Source: Amphiscolops sp. MND2022 (Eukaryota). From it: a stretch of 64,000 nt of DNA. Shown piece after piece: positions 25,951-38,543 of the stretch. Position numbers and translations under genes: made by a program. The stretch's first letter is position 1; each line of letters begins with the position of its first letter. The DNA is taken from assembly GCA_964187785.1 (NCBI GenBank), contig OZ076409.1:96040001-96104000 (forward strand), in the 5' to 3' direction. The notes under the pieces were generated by a model, which worked only from the letters and a program-made list of their open reading frames with translations, did not search any database and had not been told where the DNA came from.

Positions 25951-26133
25951 CAGAGCCGAAGTGCTATTGGAGAACCGAACACTCTCTCGGATTCCGATGA
26001 CTCTGTCTTCAGCGAGACACAAAATCTGATTGGCCGAGATGAAGATTCGCTAGAGAAATATCGTAGTCGGCATGACGTCAACAGCAACAACGAACTGACA
26101 TCAACCCAAATAGAGAACACCAAAATTGATTGA
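25951..26133 (+). CDS. Possible terminal exon (acidic C-terminal tail) of the Patched-family gene
   Basis: Coding-like, relatively GC-rich segment after ttctcag (SRSAIGEPNTLSDSDD...TKID*). Its phase fit to the 24433 donor is imperfect. Confidence 0.3.
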   Translation, partial: QSRSAIGEPNTLSDSDDSVFSETQNLIGRDEDSLEKYRSRHDVNSNNELTSTQIENTKID

Positions 26134-26809
26134 TAGTTTATGAAATTTCGAAAAACTATTTCAATGTATGTTGTTCACTTGACAAAAATTTTTTCAAACT
26201 GGGAACAGCTTAGAGTTCGCACCCCGCTAAAGCTCAAAAAGTGGGAAAATTCACATAAAGCCGACAAAGTCACATAGTGCCGACAAGACTAAGAGGGCTA
26301 ATTATCCCTGTCATCTAACAACATGACAGCAGATATTTTTATGACATGATTTTTGTTGTTGAGCCAAAAAAATTATACTTAATACGTCGTAATCAACCAA
26401 CATATATAATAACCCGACAAAAAGGAAAAACGTCGTATCTCAAAACCTTTTCGATCGAATACATTTCGACATCTTTATCCAAATTGTTCTACCCTGTATA
26501 CGTTATATCAGAAAGTGCATTGTAACCAGCGATAGCTGCAGAGTGAAAATACTTAATCTCTACATTTGAAAGCCAAACGTTTCTTGCAAGTAAAACATTG
26601 ACTACTTTGTGGAAACGCAGCAAGTAACACTACTGGATCATCTAGTACAAACTTTTCTGGAAATTCTAGGCCAACTGTTGCTGTTATCGGCAGTGAAAAC
26701 TTCTTGGGTTAAGTGTTCTTGACTTAAGATATCCGGACAAAAGATCCTTCCTACTGAGTAGTATCTCAAACCACTTTGCTGCATTTTCAGATAAGTCTCT
26801 TTTACATTA

Positions 26810-28677
26810 TTTTAGTCGGCGCTTCATGAAGTGAAACGCGACTACACTAGTGACTTTTTTCAATCCAATAGTTGCAATTTTTAGGTTTCAGGTATTATAA
26901 AAAAATCCCATTGTTTTATGCGAAACACATCGATGGCATTAAAGTTCGAAAGGAGAACGGCGGATGAATCCCCGATCATAGAAAAAAAATAACTTGATTG
27001 TTTGAGCAAGATGGAATTGACGTCAGCAACAAAATTGTTCGAATGGGCTAAGTCAGAGTTGATCTCTTAGAGCGAATTTTGCCAAGTCCCACTTTTGGCT
27101 GAAATTGTTGAAAGACACCACCCACCGCCGCCGGCCAAGTAGAGGAGAAGTCAGATATTGTATGGAATTGATAATCCAGAGAATGTTAAGCCGTTTGCTC
27201 ATATTTTCGGAACCCTACGACGCGTGTAGGAGGAGCACGGACACTATTTAAAATGAACCCCGAATGTTATGTAAATCGTCACCAGTTGACCCGAGGATCA
27301 TGAAACTTACCCAAAATGTTCATCTACCAACCCTAAGTGATATACATGAAAGATATATTAATTGGTCCACCACGCAAGGAGTAATATTTGTTTAAGGCAC
27401 ACGGGACAACCTCAAGGTCAATTTAGATTCAACTCCTGAATAAAAAGTAGAACTTACGATAAAACATAAATCAGCGTCTTTGCGCGGTAATTTATGCATT
27501 TCAGCCCGGCGAGAAGATTCGCGATGAACCGAATTCAGAACGATAGAAAAGTATCCTTACGAGTAAGTAAATCATGCTTTTGAAGGTAATTGATCGACTA
27601 TCCTGATCAAAATATCTTGGGTGACTTGAATTATTATTGAAATGTGAACTTTGTAAGGCTATTGTTCAATTATTTGTCGTTGGCGGCAAAGAATGTCTAG
27701 TCGCATTAAAATCAGAAGTGAGCGCTATACCATGAAATGAATAGATATATATGAAGTCAAAAACATGCATACTTAACGCACCGACGCCCAATAAAATAAA
27801 CATCAAGTATGATAGAAACGTGAAAAGGAAACCACCCAAAACACGTGCGATGAATGAATATAATTAGGCCGAATTAGATGAAACTGAATAGACACAACCG
27901 ATTTAGAGAGCTAGATTTCAGTTGAGCATCTGAACGGGGGCAAGAGATTCGAACTAACTGGAGTAACTGGTCGTTGTTAACTCCGGGAGTCAGTGACTGA
28001 AATTGTACAAGTCAGAGACTTGACGATTGTATGATTCAGTTGGCTGGATCGTGAAACATATTCGCTGGGTAATAAATTGGAAGATTGTCTTTCTTTATCG
28101 TGTTCTGTGATTTTATCTTGATTTCTTAACTTGATTATCCAAACACACCATCTCATTGCGAATATAGAGCCGATAGAGCAATTTGGAGAGAAACTAGTGT
28201 CAAGCTAGTCCTATGAGCAGAAGCAAGAACTCACCATTAAAAAACTTTTACTGATAGAGTTCGATCCTATGGAAATCTCTCCAGCCATCGCTATCTAAAA
28301 TTTCTACACCACTCGAACTGACCAAAATAGTTCTACAAAGTTCTACAAAACATTAAGGTGTCAAATTGGACGATTTGGCCCAGGGAACTTAACCAAAGAG
28401 TTGTTCCTTTTTTTTCAGCGCAACATACAATACTTGGCGAAATTAAAAAGTCCCCTTCAGTTTTTTCAGCATTGTGAGACTCTCGAAAAATTTTTAATGT
28501 CTTCAACGGGTCCCCCTTCGTTTTTTTGAGGTTTTGCGACAGAAATGTTGAAAAATCCGAAAGGGCTGAACTTTTGGGTTTTTCAGGTACTCTATAAGAA
28601 AATACTTGACACTTTGAAATCCTTTTGCTATCTTTGAGCCTTAGATGTGGCGCCGACTTGGGCCGTTCCCGGCTTGT
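26810..28677 (+). mobile_element. HINE copy D, interrupted by a ~1.44-kb unclassified insertion (26868-28308)
   Basis: 26810-26867 and 28309-28677 together match the reverse complement of copy F across the junction CAATCCA|C.CGAACTGACC. Confidence 0.75.
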
Positions 28678-29266
28678 CTCCGCACTATACATTTTTTATT
28701 AATTGAGATTTTGAGCTATTATTTATCATTCTGGGTAAATTTGTGATTAGCGTCCGACTTTGTTACGGAGATTCTTTGCATGTCGGATTTTTTGATATTC
28801 TCCAATAATTGTTTTTTTCAATTCGCTCTTTTTCTACCTAGCGAACTCGCACATTCACATTTGTCTGCATAACCGCGCACGGCCTGACACCGGAAAGGGC
28901 CGAATTGTTTGAAAATTCATTGTATCAAATAATCTTAGGGTCTCAAATTCCATGAATCACTTCTATGAACTTGAAAGAGACAGTTCATAGCTATTATACA
29001 CACCCAACCAAGAAAATGATCTCAGTCAGCATAGCGAACTCAAAAATAATTGAATAATCATGTCTGGAAATATGTCGCCAGTTAATCTGGGTTAATTAAA
29101 AAAGAAAGTGTTTCTGTTAAAACACAATTTCTTGGTTGCAATATTTAAATTGACGGAATTTTTCCTTCCATAATATTGCACTTTAAGTACTAACAATAGT
29201 CTCATCAACGTTGAGAGAAAACACACAAAAAAACCATTTCCGAGAAAAAACAGCAATCCGACCAAC

Positions 29267-29522
29267 TCAGATTAACGTTTGTTTTGATTGGTCACGAGTC
29301 ATCGACTCTTCGTCCAATGCTTCGTCGTGAAGTTGAAATGACTTGTTCGAGTTTACTTCATCTGCATCACAGACACTTCTCATAGTGCTATCCCCGAAAG
29401 AGATTTGTTTATTCAGATTGATGTCAAAGTTGGCTGTGCTCAAAAATATTTTTTCTACGTCCTGAACAAATTGTTGTACTCGGTCCAACTTCTGCAAACT
29501 GTTTGTCGGTTTTTCGGTGAAT
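29267..29522 (-). CDS. Terminal exon of an unidentified coiled-coil protein gene
   Basis: ttttttccag|A acceptor (phase 2), frame FTEKPTNSLQKLDRVQQFVQDVEKIF...QTLI*. Confidence 0.6.
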
Positions 29523-29572
29523 CTGGAAAAAAAATGTGGTCAAGGGTACTGATATCAAAAGATTCAATAATG

Positions 29573-29783
29573 TAAACAAAAACGAATCAGAAAAAGGAAA
29601 AACTTTCGAAAGAAGTGAAAATTTCAAAAATAGCATTTCAGAAGAAGCTGTAAAAAGTAGTTTAGTAGTTCTGTAGAAAAAGTGTTGTATCAGGTTTTAT
29701 ATTGTTTTCAATGTTTTTTAACATTGAAAAATGGCTAAATCTTCAAGAAAGTTTTTTCTTTTTCTGATTCGTTTTTGTTTCAA
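29573..29783. repeat. Intronic inverted repeat / small MITE
   Basis: AAACAAAAACGAATCAGAAAAAGGAAAAACTTTC versus GAAAGTTTTTTCTTTTTCTGATTCGTTTTTGTTT. Confidence 0.6.
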
Positions 29784-29930
29784 TTTTCACTGTTATTTTT
29801 CACTGTTTCAATTTTCACTGTAAAGCTTCAATTTTACCTGTTATCACTTAAGCAAAAGAACAGCCATCAATAGTGTCAGAATTCCAAGGTTCTAGAAAGA
29901 TCACATTATGTTCATTAATTTTTCTCGAAC

Positions 29931-30280
29931 CTCACAAACTTCTCCAAGTAATCGTACAGCGTGTCGGCAGCCAATTGCAGCTCAAGAAGCTCTGCTTCTT
30001 TCTGATTGGTTCGCACCTCATTGGCTAAAATCTCTCGCTCGATATCTACGATTGCCACTCGTCGCATGTCAACGTCTGGAATGGAAGTCATGAGTCTTTG
30101 GTCCTCCAGAATGTCAGTTTGAAGCTTCATTTTGTACTTCTTGTTTTCCATGCGAGCCAATCTCATTGCATCCATCTTGTCTGCGCATGCATTCTGCAAA
30201 TCCTCGTGGCTCTCCCGCAGAGACTGAAATTCAGCAGTGATATTTGGGTTGATAAAAGTTTGGGACACACAGTAAGTACC
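29931..30280 (-). CDS. Penultimate exon of an unidentified coiled-coil protein gene
   Basis: tttactgtag|GGT acceptor; heptad-like E/K/L/R-rich translation; AG|gttcga phase-2 donor compatible with the 29522 acceptor. Confidence 0.65.
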
Positions 30281-30498
30281 CTACAGTAAAAATTCAATTT
30301 GAACGTTGAAAGATCGAACAAGGGCCGCAATACTACATTCTATCCCCGGTTCCGAGATAAAGGATTTCAAACTAAAAAAAAACGTTTTCATTTGTTTTTT
30401 TAAGTTGTTTTGTCAAAAAGATGAAATCTAAGCTGCTTTTAAAAGATGATCAAAAATTGGGTCTGGTCGAATACTTTTTCGAAACCATAAGTTAGGAA

Positions 30499-31007
30499 AA
30501 ACAAGCCGACGCCTTATCTAAGGCTGAAAATAGCAAAAGGACTTCAAAGTGTCAAGTATTCTCTTCTACAGTACCCGCATGAGGAAAAAAGTTTCCGACA
30601 ATTTTTTAGATATTTTTTGAAGTCTCCGGTAAGTCGCATAGTGCCGAAAAATGTAAAAGGGGGACCCTTTGGGATTTTTTGAACATGCGTTCAGTTGCAA
30701 AATAGAAAAAAATTGAAGAGGGGACCCTTTGATACATTAAAAAAATTTGCGAAAAAAGTCTCACAAAGCCGAAATGACATGCAGAAACATTTTGGTCAAG
30801 GGCGAGACTCGAACCCACGTCCTTCTGCTTGGCAGACCTCAAAAAATCCTAATCAACTTCTATGCTAAGTAGCAGTAGAAGTAGCAGTTTAGTGTGGCAG
30901 CTACTGTTAGTGGAAGCCAGCCTATAAAGCTTATATAATCTGTCACTTCGTTAGTCTTAAAAAAGTCACTGCTATAGTTTGTGTTTTCTACAAAAAACGC
31001 CGACTAA
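30499..31007 (-). mobile_element. HINE copy E (hairpin end partly deleted)
   Basis: AACAAGCCG..TATCTAAGGCT.AAAATAGCAAAAGGACTTC at one end and CGCCGACTAA at the other; shares the tRNA-like segment with copy B. Confidence 0.75.
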
Positions 31008-31166
31008 TAAGGATTCAATGTTAAATAGACTCGTCTCAAAATGTCAAAAAACTACAGAAATACTACAGTTTAAAAAAATTAACGAATGTCACAGAGAGTC
31101 GGAAGAAACTAATTTGGGCGACCCTTTGGTTTGAAGTCTTTTTCTTTGTAGATCATGGGAAAAAGT

Positions 31167-31784
31167 AAACAAACCGGGACCGGCCCAAGTCGGCGCCATA
31201 TCCAAGGCTCAAAAATAGCAAAAAGACTCCCAAGTGTCAAGTATTCTCTTTTACAATACTCGAAAATCGAAACTTTTTCGAAAAAAATGAACCGACAGGC
31301 GCGCTAAAGTCTCACAATGCCGAAAAACTGAAAGGGGGGACCCTTTGAGGTTTTTCAACATCCATTCTGTCGCAAAACATCAAAAAATTGAAGGGGGGAA
31401 AAATTTTTATTTTCGGAAAAAAATCTCACAGTGCCGAAAAAAACTGAAACGGGGGACCCTTTGGGATTTTCCAACATCCGTTCTGTCGCAAAACAGCAAA
31501 AAAATTGAAGGGGGGACCCTTTGGGGGAAAAAATTTTCCGGAAAAAAAGTCTCGCAGTACCGGAAAAAATTGGAAGGGGGGACCCTTTGGTCTCCCCGGG
31601 TATGGTATGGTACGCGGGAAAACAGGAAAAACCTTTTTGGTTCAGTTCGCTAGACCAAATAGTGCAATTTGGTGCAATAATATTTTGTAGAACTTTTAAG
31701 AACTATTTTGGTCAGTTCGTGTGGATTGAAAAAAAAGCCACTATAATAGTCGCGTTTCACTTCATGAAGCGCCGACTAAAAAAA
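31167..31784 (-). mobile_element. HINE copy F
   Basis: CCGGGACCGGCCCAAGTCGGCGCC...GCGCCGACTAAAA; about five internal AAAAAATTGAAGGGGGGACCC-type repeat units. Confidence 0.85.
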
Positions 31785-32089
31785 CATAAAAGGATCCTTT
31801 TCAATTTTTGGAGAGTGGACCTTCCGTGGTGCAATTTGTCATCTGACTTGAAAGATAAGAATTTGCCACAGTAAAAGTCGGGCATTTTTTTTGAAAAGCC
31901 ATTCAAAAACGCCTCCAAATAAGTGAAATTGGTTTGAGCATAAATGTATGTTTGGTTTTGAAACTGCCACTCCGAGTATTCTATTTGCGTTCTTCTTGTC
32001 CAGACGTGATGTAATTTGGATAAAAAACTTCAAGAGTTTGGCTGAAACGCATTTTCGTATCATCAGATACGTTATATCAGATAACGGTA

Positions 32090-32195
32090 TTACTATAATT
32101 CATATACGAAAAATTCGGCAGGACAAACAGAAAAATCATTGACTATCGCCTATAAGTGAATGCCAGTCCACCAAAATTTTGAAACAATGCAACAT
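32090..32195 (+). pseudogene. Decayed CR1/L2-type LINE RT fragment, left part (split by E2)
   Basis: Remnant of the IP..K...YRPIS....KIFE motif (gactatcgcctataagt, accaaaattttgaaa). Confidence 0.55.
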
Positions 32196-32929
32196 TGTAA
32201 CGACAAGCTCTCACCATTGTCGCCGTAACCATAAGAGCAGGAGGAACACATGGCATGGGTATTTGCCCGGGACAGGCGCCCATGGCCATGAGTCCATTTT
32301 GCCTCCTTCGGGTAAGAAATGTCCCGTCAGAGGAGGATTCCGCTTCTTAAGAAGTGCTCGCCGGCCTGATCCAGTCTGTAATTGCTAACAATAGCGCGCA
32401 TTACGCTTTTTCTTCGGAACCAACGCTTAGATAGCCTTTAAAAAATGCAAGTGGTGGAAAGGAAAAATCAAGTTTTTTAGAAGTTACACAGGAAATCGAA
32501 ATAAGTAGCTCACGAGCTGTTACGACAAGCAAATACGAAAATTACTACATAATTAGCACTTTTGAGGCAGCAATTAGCCGGGGACACAAGCACGGATGCT
32601 TGGTCAAGCCAATTGACTCATTTTCGGTAATCACAGCGTCTTGTAACGCTTCGCTGAAGAAAGCACTGGCTAGAACAAAGTTCAGTCCGTTTTGACAGAA
32701 ATTTGAGTCTTTTTCTGACAGCGGCCGTGTTTTTCTGCAGTCTTCTCGTTCGGTTGGGGTCTGCCCGGAGTCTTTTGCTCAAATTCTCTTCAATTCTGTG
32801 GGCAGGTACTTGAATAAAGACACGCTGCCGTCCAGCGGAATATGACTTTTCAGTAGAGGGGATATAGTCCCTTGAACGAAATTTTCATCGAAATTTTCGA
32901 ACTCGTGTACTCGATAGGTAATCGCTACA
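32196..32929 (-). repeat. E2 3' LTR
   Basis: TGTAACGACAAG...ATCGCTACA; near-identical to 50668-51401. Confidence 0.97.
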
Positions 32930-33948
32930 TACACTCCCCGGGGTCTAGTCTTGACGTCCCCGTCAAGTGTGGGTTGGCATCATCGAGTCTTTACCCAGGG
33001 TCATCTATGTCCCACTGAGGAGGTAGAGTGCACATCAAGTAGCGCTGGGCAGTTCATTGGGACGTCGTCAAGTTGGCCTCGTGGAAGTGTTTTTGACCCA
33101 GCGTTGCTGCATTTTGATCAAATCAATACAACTTCGTATACAAATCTTATACGGCAAGGTTATTACTTTTTGTAGCCTGTCGTGAGCAATTCAGGCGTTA
33201 AAATTTCTTTTCGGCCTTTCATACAAAAAAAATTTTTTTATTGCCGTTAGTGTTAAAACTTGTTTTAAGGTCAACGACCATCACATGACAGTTCAAAATT
33301 TATTTTCCGAAGCTCGGGAGCTTCGCACTGCTTGGCGTTTGATAAAAGTTCTTTTGATAAGCAGTTGCCATAAAATCAACCAATAAGTACAGTCAATTTA
33401 AAATTTCTTTTGCGAGACTTACTCTTAATCCTATCAGGTAACTCAAAGAAAAAACAATGGTCGAGGTCCATCAATCTTTTTATTCTATCCATTTCTCATC
33501 TCTCTCCTTTTGTTTCCTTTTCCTTCATTTTTTTCCTTTTGTCTTTTTCGACAATAGCAACAGTGTAAACAATAACTAGTAACTAAAAGGGTGTAATAGC
33601 ACCGAAAATTCAGAGCACGGAGTGCGCACAGCGCATCCATAAGGTAGCATAAGGTAGCTTGAAAAAGCACTAACTGCAAACACAAATTGCAAATTGAATA
33701 TTGCATTTAACTAAGGCAAGGCAAAGGCGTAGTTTTATGGTTGGGTTGCCGGTCCCAAAACGGAATAATGAGGAGGATGAAGCCCGGGGGCTTCATCTCC
33801 ACTTAGAGGTTTTTACCCATGACCAATTGGCACTTCCAAAATCAAAGTTTAGCAACAACAGTGGTTGAAACCATGAGGTTTCGCAAAGGTTCATTTAGCA
33901 CAGGACTATTGAAGTTTAAAACAGAATGGCAATAATGTTAGGTTTGTT

Positions 33949-36900
33949 TTACTGGGTGGCGGAGAAGTGACGCGCTCTGGGGGAGACGTCGGCTTTCGGT
34001 TGTGGTTCGGACAGGGATCCTCTTCGCACATTTCCTTCTCGCAGGACTGGCCTTGGTTCGTCGCTGGCAGTTTCATGGGTCCTGGGAGTCGTGTTTGAGC
34101 CACTAGGGCCATTTTCTGCAGCTACGGGAGTTGAGACTTCTGGCGAATGTTCTTGCGCTGCATTGGCTGAGCCGCTAACATTGGCAGAACTTGTGGTCGA
34201 CGTGGAGGTTGGGATCTGCACATCCAATCTACTGGCATTAAACAGGTGTGGTAGATCTAGCAGTCTATTGCGGGTGGCAATGGGTCGTTTCTGCTGGGCA
34301 CTGAGTTTCGGGCGTAGATCAGGTCGGCCCCAGAGCCCGCAGGCTCTGGACCAGTTGTCCCTGTTTTCATGTTCTATAATTTGCCTGGAGGCTTCCCATT
34401 CGGGTCCGAGGGGATCACTCAGCAGTTCCATGACATGGTAGCAGGTCTCCGCTGGCATGTCGCTTCCCATAGTGACCCTCGCCTCTGGATTCCAAACAGG
34501 CATTGTCTGTGGAGGGATGATCAAGCCTTTTAGGCGCCCTTGGCGTTCCTCCAGGGTCCTTGACATCCACACGCCTAGTTTGTAGTGATCGCGATAGGCG
34601 TACTGCTCATTAAAGCCTTTCTCAACCATGCTGATTGGCTTAGCCCGGGCATAGCCGATGGGTCCTCGCCAGTACCTGGCTGGAAGCTTGATCATCTGAA
34701 AATTATACCCCTGGTTTGTGTGACCGCCCATGGCTTGTACGCATTCGGTCACGTACTTCCTGAGGTGTGCGAAACTCCAATTGAATCGCTGTGGGATTCC
34801 ATGGTGATCTAGGGGCGAATTGTACCAATTCACCGGGCCGTATTCGCGAGGTAAAGGGCACGCCTTCTTTGTCCGGGCTTTGAGAATGCCGGCCAGGTTT
34901 TCGTCCTGCTGCGTTTCGATCTTTATGGTGGTATACATGCGGGGTATTAGCAGGAACAGCCCGCGTTCAAGCATCTGCTGATAGTTGTACGGTTTTACAT
35001 TCTTCAGAAAAGTCAGGATGGATACTGTTGGTGTCTCCCAGGCGAGTCGCAGAGGCTTGGTGGGATAGCGAAGTATTCCGGTTGGGCCAAATATTGGAGT
35101 TAGCACGGGTGCTAACACCGGTACAAGGTCTTCGACTTCAGCCAAAGTGAAATCTGCCAGCTGGTTAGGTGTCAGAAATCCAGCTACCTCGGTCACCAGC
35201 TGACGTCCGTCATATAATGGTTGGTGCATATCTACGCCCACGAAAAGTCCCGAGGCAAAGACCAGACTGCAGTATATCCAGTGATATAACGAAGTTGTCA
35301 TGCGCTCCAGGTGAGCGGGATAATCCTGAGCGTCTTTTCGTTGTAGCAGCTTGGCTAAGGCGGTGAGGCCTGAGATATTGCCTCGCGCAATCACTAAATA
35401 CGAAAATAGCCATTCCAGATTACACTCAGTAACCAGGTCGGTCAATATCATCATTGGGCCAGCTACGAAGCGTTTCTGCCCGAAGGTGAGTATCAGTGCA
35501 AAGAGTTCGTTTACTTGCATGGTGCCGATAATCTTGCTGATTTCGATCAACCAGTGTTCGTCCAAGCCGAACTCAACTCGAATAACATCGGGACTCCAAC
35601 CCAATCCCAAACAGATGGCAAATTGGTCGGTTGACTTCCCAAGTTCTTTTGCAATGTCTGCTACGGTGGTAGTTTGCAGCCGCTGGTACCAAGCGTCGTA
35701 GGTGCTGCTGAAGGCTTGGATTTCAGCCTGAGTCTCGCTCGTCAATTTTGCAGCGATATACCTCATTCCCACTGATAGTTGGTCAATAGTGAGGTCCTGG
35801 GCAAATTGAACTCGCGGGATGGCTCGTTCCACTTCTCGGTCGCTGGGGATTTTGCTCATTATGGCGGTGACTTCCGCAAGATCAGTTTTAATGCAAGTCT
35901 TTCCACCGGAGGAGCGCGCGCGCTCCATCCAGTTATTCAGGCGGATTGCCTCACATTCAGCCGTGCTAGGTTCTGGGACTCGCCTTTCTCCGTTGTTGTT
36001 GAATACTAACAAGCCCATACGAGTGCCGTGATCAAAATAGATGGCATCATCGATTGTCAGCTGCGCGTTCCCTGTCTTTTCCACTGACTGTAGCACTTTA
36101 GACACTGAGGCAACGTACCCCATGTAGGAAAGCCAGGAGGGACGCAAGTCGTCGGAGCTGATCCGCATATTGGGCGCGCAGATCGCAAAGTCTATTTCTC
36201 TACATTTGCAAATTTCTGTTACCATATAGATAAATCTCTGCAAGGCGGGATGCCACTGGCAGAAACCTGGGGGTGTTACAAACAAGACTGGCACGTTGAG
36301 TTTATTCTTTAGGATATTTTGGGCTTTTTCCATGGCTCGGGCCATATTCAGTGCTGCGTTGCGTACTGTTGCTCGCTGTGCTGGAGTTGGATTTATGATT
36401 TCAACGTTCGCGATCTGGGCCATTAGTCCTTCACAGGCCATGTGATCGAAAACGTTACTGATGATCACTCTGCGTGGGGTGGCTCTTTGAAGGTCCCCGT
36501 CATCTCGGGGTCAAACATGGTGACCAACACTTCAGCCATCTCGGGGATACGTGACAGCGGTAGAGTGAAAACCATCACGTCTGACAGCACATTGTCAATA
36601 GGGATATTTTTGAGGAAGGTCGAGTCTACAAGTAAGGCGAAGCGCGCACGCTGCAACCTTTCTTTTGGCATTGGTAGCTGGGCTTTGAGGTCACGGGCGT
36701 ACCGCGGGTTGATCTCGAAGGTCTCTCCAGCGTTGAGGAAGTATCGGTCAGCGAATTGCCCACGAAGGTCAATGTTGAGGGCGTCCAAGTAGTTGTCTTC
36801 TACGTTTGGCAGAATATTCATTGCCTTCCCTAGCCATGGCGGCTCATTAGTAGGGGTGTGGTCGGGGCGAATTGGACGATTCATGAATACAGATACATTC

Positions 36901-38318
36901 GCCTTCTTCAATTTCGCATGCTCTTCGTCATTCGGAGGACACATGTTCTTTTCAAACAGCCATTCGGGTGATACAATAACTGCCGATTCCCAGATACGTC
37001 GGGAGTCCTTGGTGATCAGCGTGCCCTTCGTGTTTTGCATTGGACTCAGGTACGTCGGTTGCTTTGTAAAGGTCCTCTTAGTTGGGTGTTGAATTGCCTG
37101 TTTGCGGAGTGGGGTTCCAGTTGGACCACTGTTGGTTACCTTCAATCCTGGGTAATCACCCATTATGTCCTTGACAGTTCGCTGAGGTTCAGGGGTGCCT
37201 TGATAACCCACAGTTTGCTCCGTTTGTGGCTGTCTTGATGTAGAAGGCTTAGGAATCGCTCGTTGAGCCAGCGACTCGCGTGTTGTAGACTGCGTGGATG
37301 GTGGCTGCGGCAGTCCTTGTTGTTCGCCTGTTGCGTTTGGTTGTGGCTGGGGTGAGGGAAGCACGGATGCTTCCGACACTTTTGATTTTGTTTGGTTTGG
37401 CGTCTTGGAGGTTGTGGCCTTCTCGTTGGAGATCTTTTTGTCGGCTGGTGGCTTGCTCGAGGGGCTGTCACGAGCAGTTAGTGGTTGTTGAGCACTCATT
37501 CTTGTTGGAGAACGGTCATTGCGTTTTCTGGAGGCAGGGCGGCTCTCTCCTCCCCCCTTTTGAGAAGAGCGGGAAGGCGAACGACTGCGCTCTACAGTCA
37601 CGGTGCGGGAGTGCCCTGGCTGTTCCGGCTGAGGATTGACGTGAGGAATAGTGATAGCATCTTGACTTGTTTGGTTCAAAGTGGCGTTTTCGTTGCGAAT
37701 AGTGACAGTGGGCAGAGCAATTTGGCGTAGTTCAGGCCAACACTGCTCCATGGATCGCATGAAATCAGCGTAATTAGGGTTGATAGCTACTGCTTGCAGT
37801 GCTGAGATAACTGCTTGTTCTGCCATTGGTTGATTGGACAAGTTAGGTACTGCAGGAGCAGAAGTGCTTGCACGCACTACTGTTTGTGGCATTGATACAG
37901 GAGGTGGCGGTGGAGGTGGAGGCAGGCAAGAAGGGATCTGTAGAGATCTGGTCTGATGGACTCCGCCATTCGCAGGACTGTATGAGATCGCTGCACGATC
38001 ATCCGTAAAGTGATGTGTGAGATCATGGCCGTACCACACTCCATCTTGGAACGTCATAGATCGCTGGAACCCAGGAAAGCCTGAAGTGATAGATATCGTC
38101 AGCATAGGGGCTTGCACTTGTGACTCCATCTGGGCTATGATCGCCGCCACCCCGGCTACTGTAGCTGGCGACAGACCTTGGTCGAGTCTGTCTCGAATGA
38201 AAGCAATTTGTGGGGTACGCTGGACACGAGCAGTGTCGTAAACGCGGTGCCCCAAGGCAGGAGAGTCATCTGAAGACCTTGGAGGGACGTAGTTGCTTTC
38301 ATCGTCACCTTGGTTCAT
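33949..38318 (-). CDS. E2 ORF3 (~1450 codons, one frameshift near 36470) with an SGNH-like domain
   Basis: 617-aa and 839-aa ORFs overlap by 4 nt next to a homopolymer; SGNH-like blocks LLVDS / VIISNVFD / VLFVTPP / DDLRPS; splice acceptor 10 nt upstream of the ATG. Confidence 0.7.
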
Positions 38319-38543
38319 GACGGAAACTCTGAAAGAGTGCAGGTCGATTGTAGCACACTTGATAGTAGGGTAACACCATAGGTCATTTTAAGGGTAATAC
38401 CAGGGGAAGTTATAGGATATCACAAATTAACATTAAAAGAAAAGGTAACGTATTTGTTTCAAGTAAACTCCGTGTCGATTCACTAAACTTAATCGAGCGG
38501 ACAAAAAAAAACAAAAAAAGAGCGAAAAGAAAAACAAAAAGTT

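Noticed and set aside
31320..31600. HINE internal repeats and their short ORFs (also 1302-1599, 19361-19903) as genes or CRISPR
   Set aside because: Degenerate tandem units of a non-coding repeat; reading frames are not conserved between copies.
36465..36480. Programmed frameshift or stop-start coupling between the 617-aa and 839-aa ORFs
   Set aside because: No canonical slippery heptamer. The break falls inside a predicted domain next to a homopolymer, in an element with many other indels.
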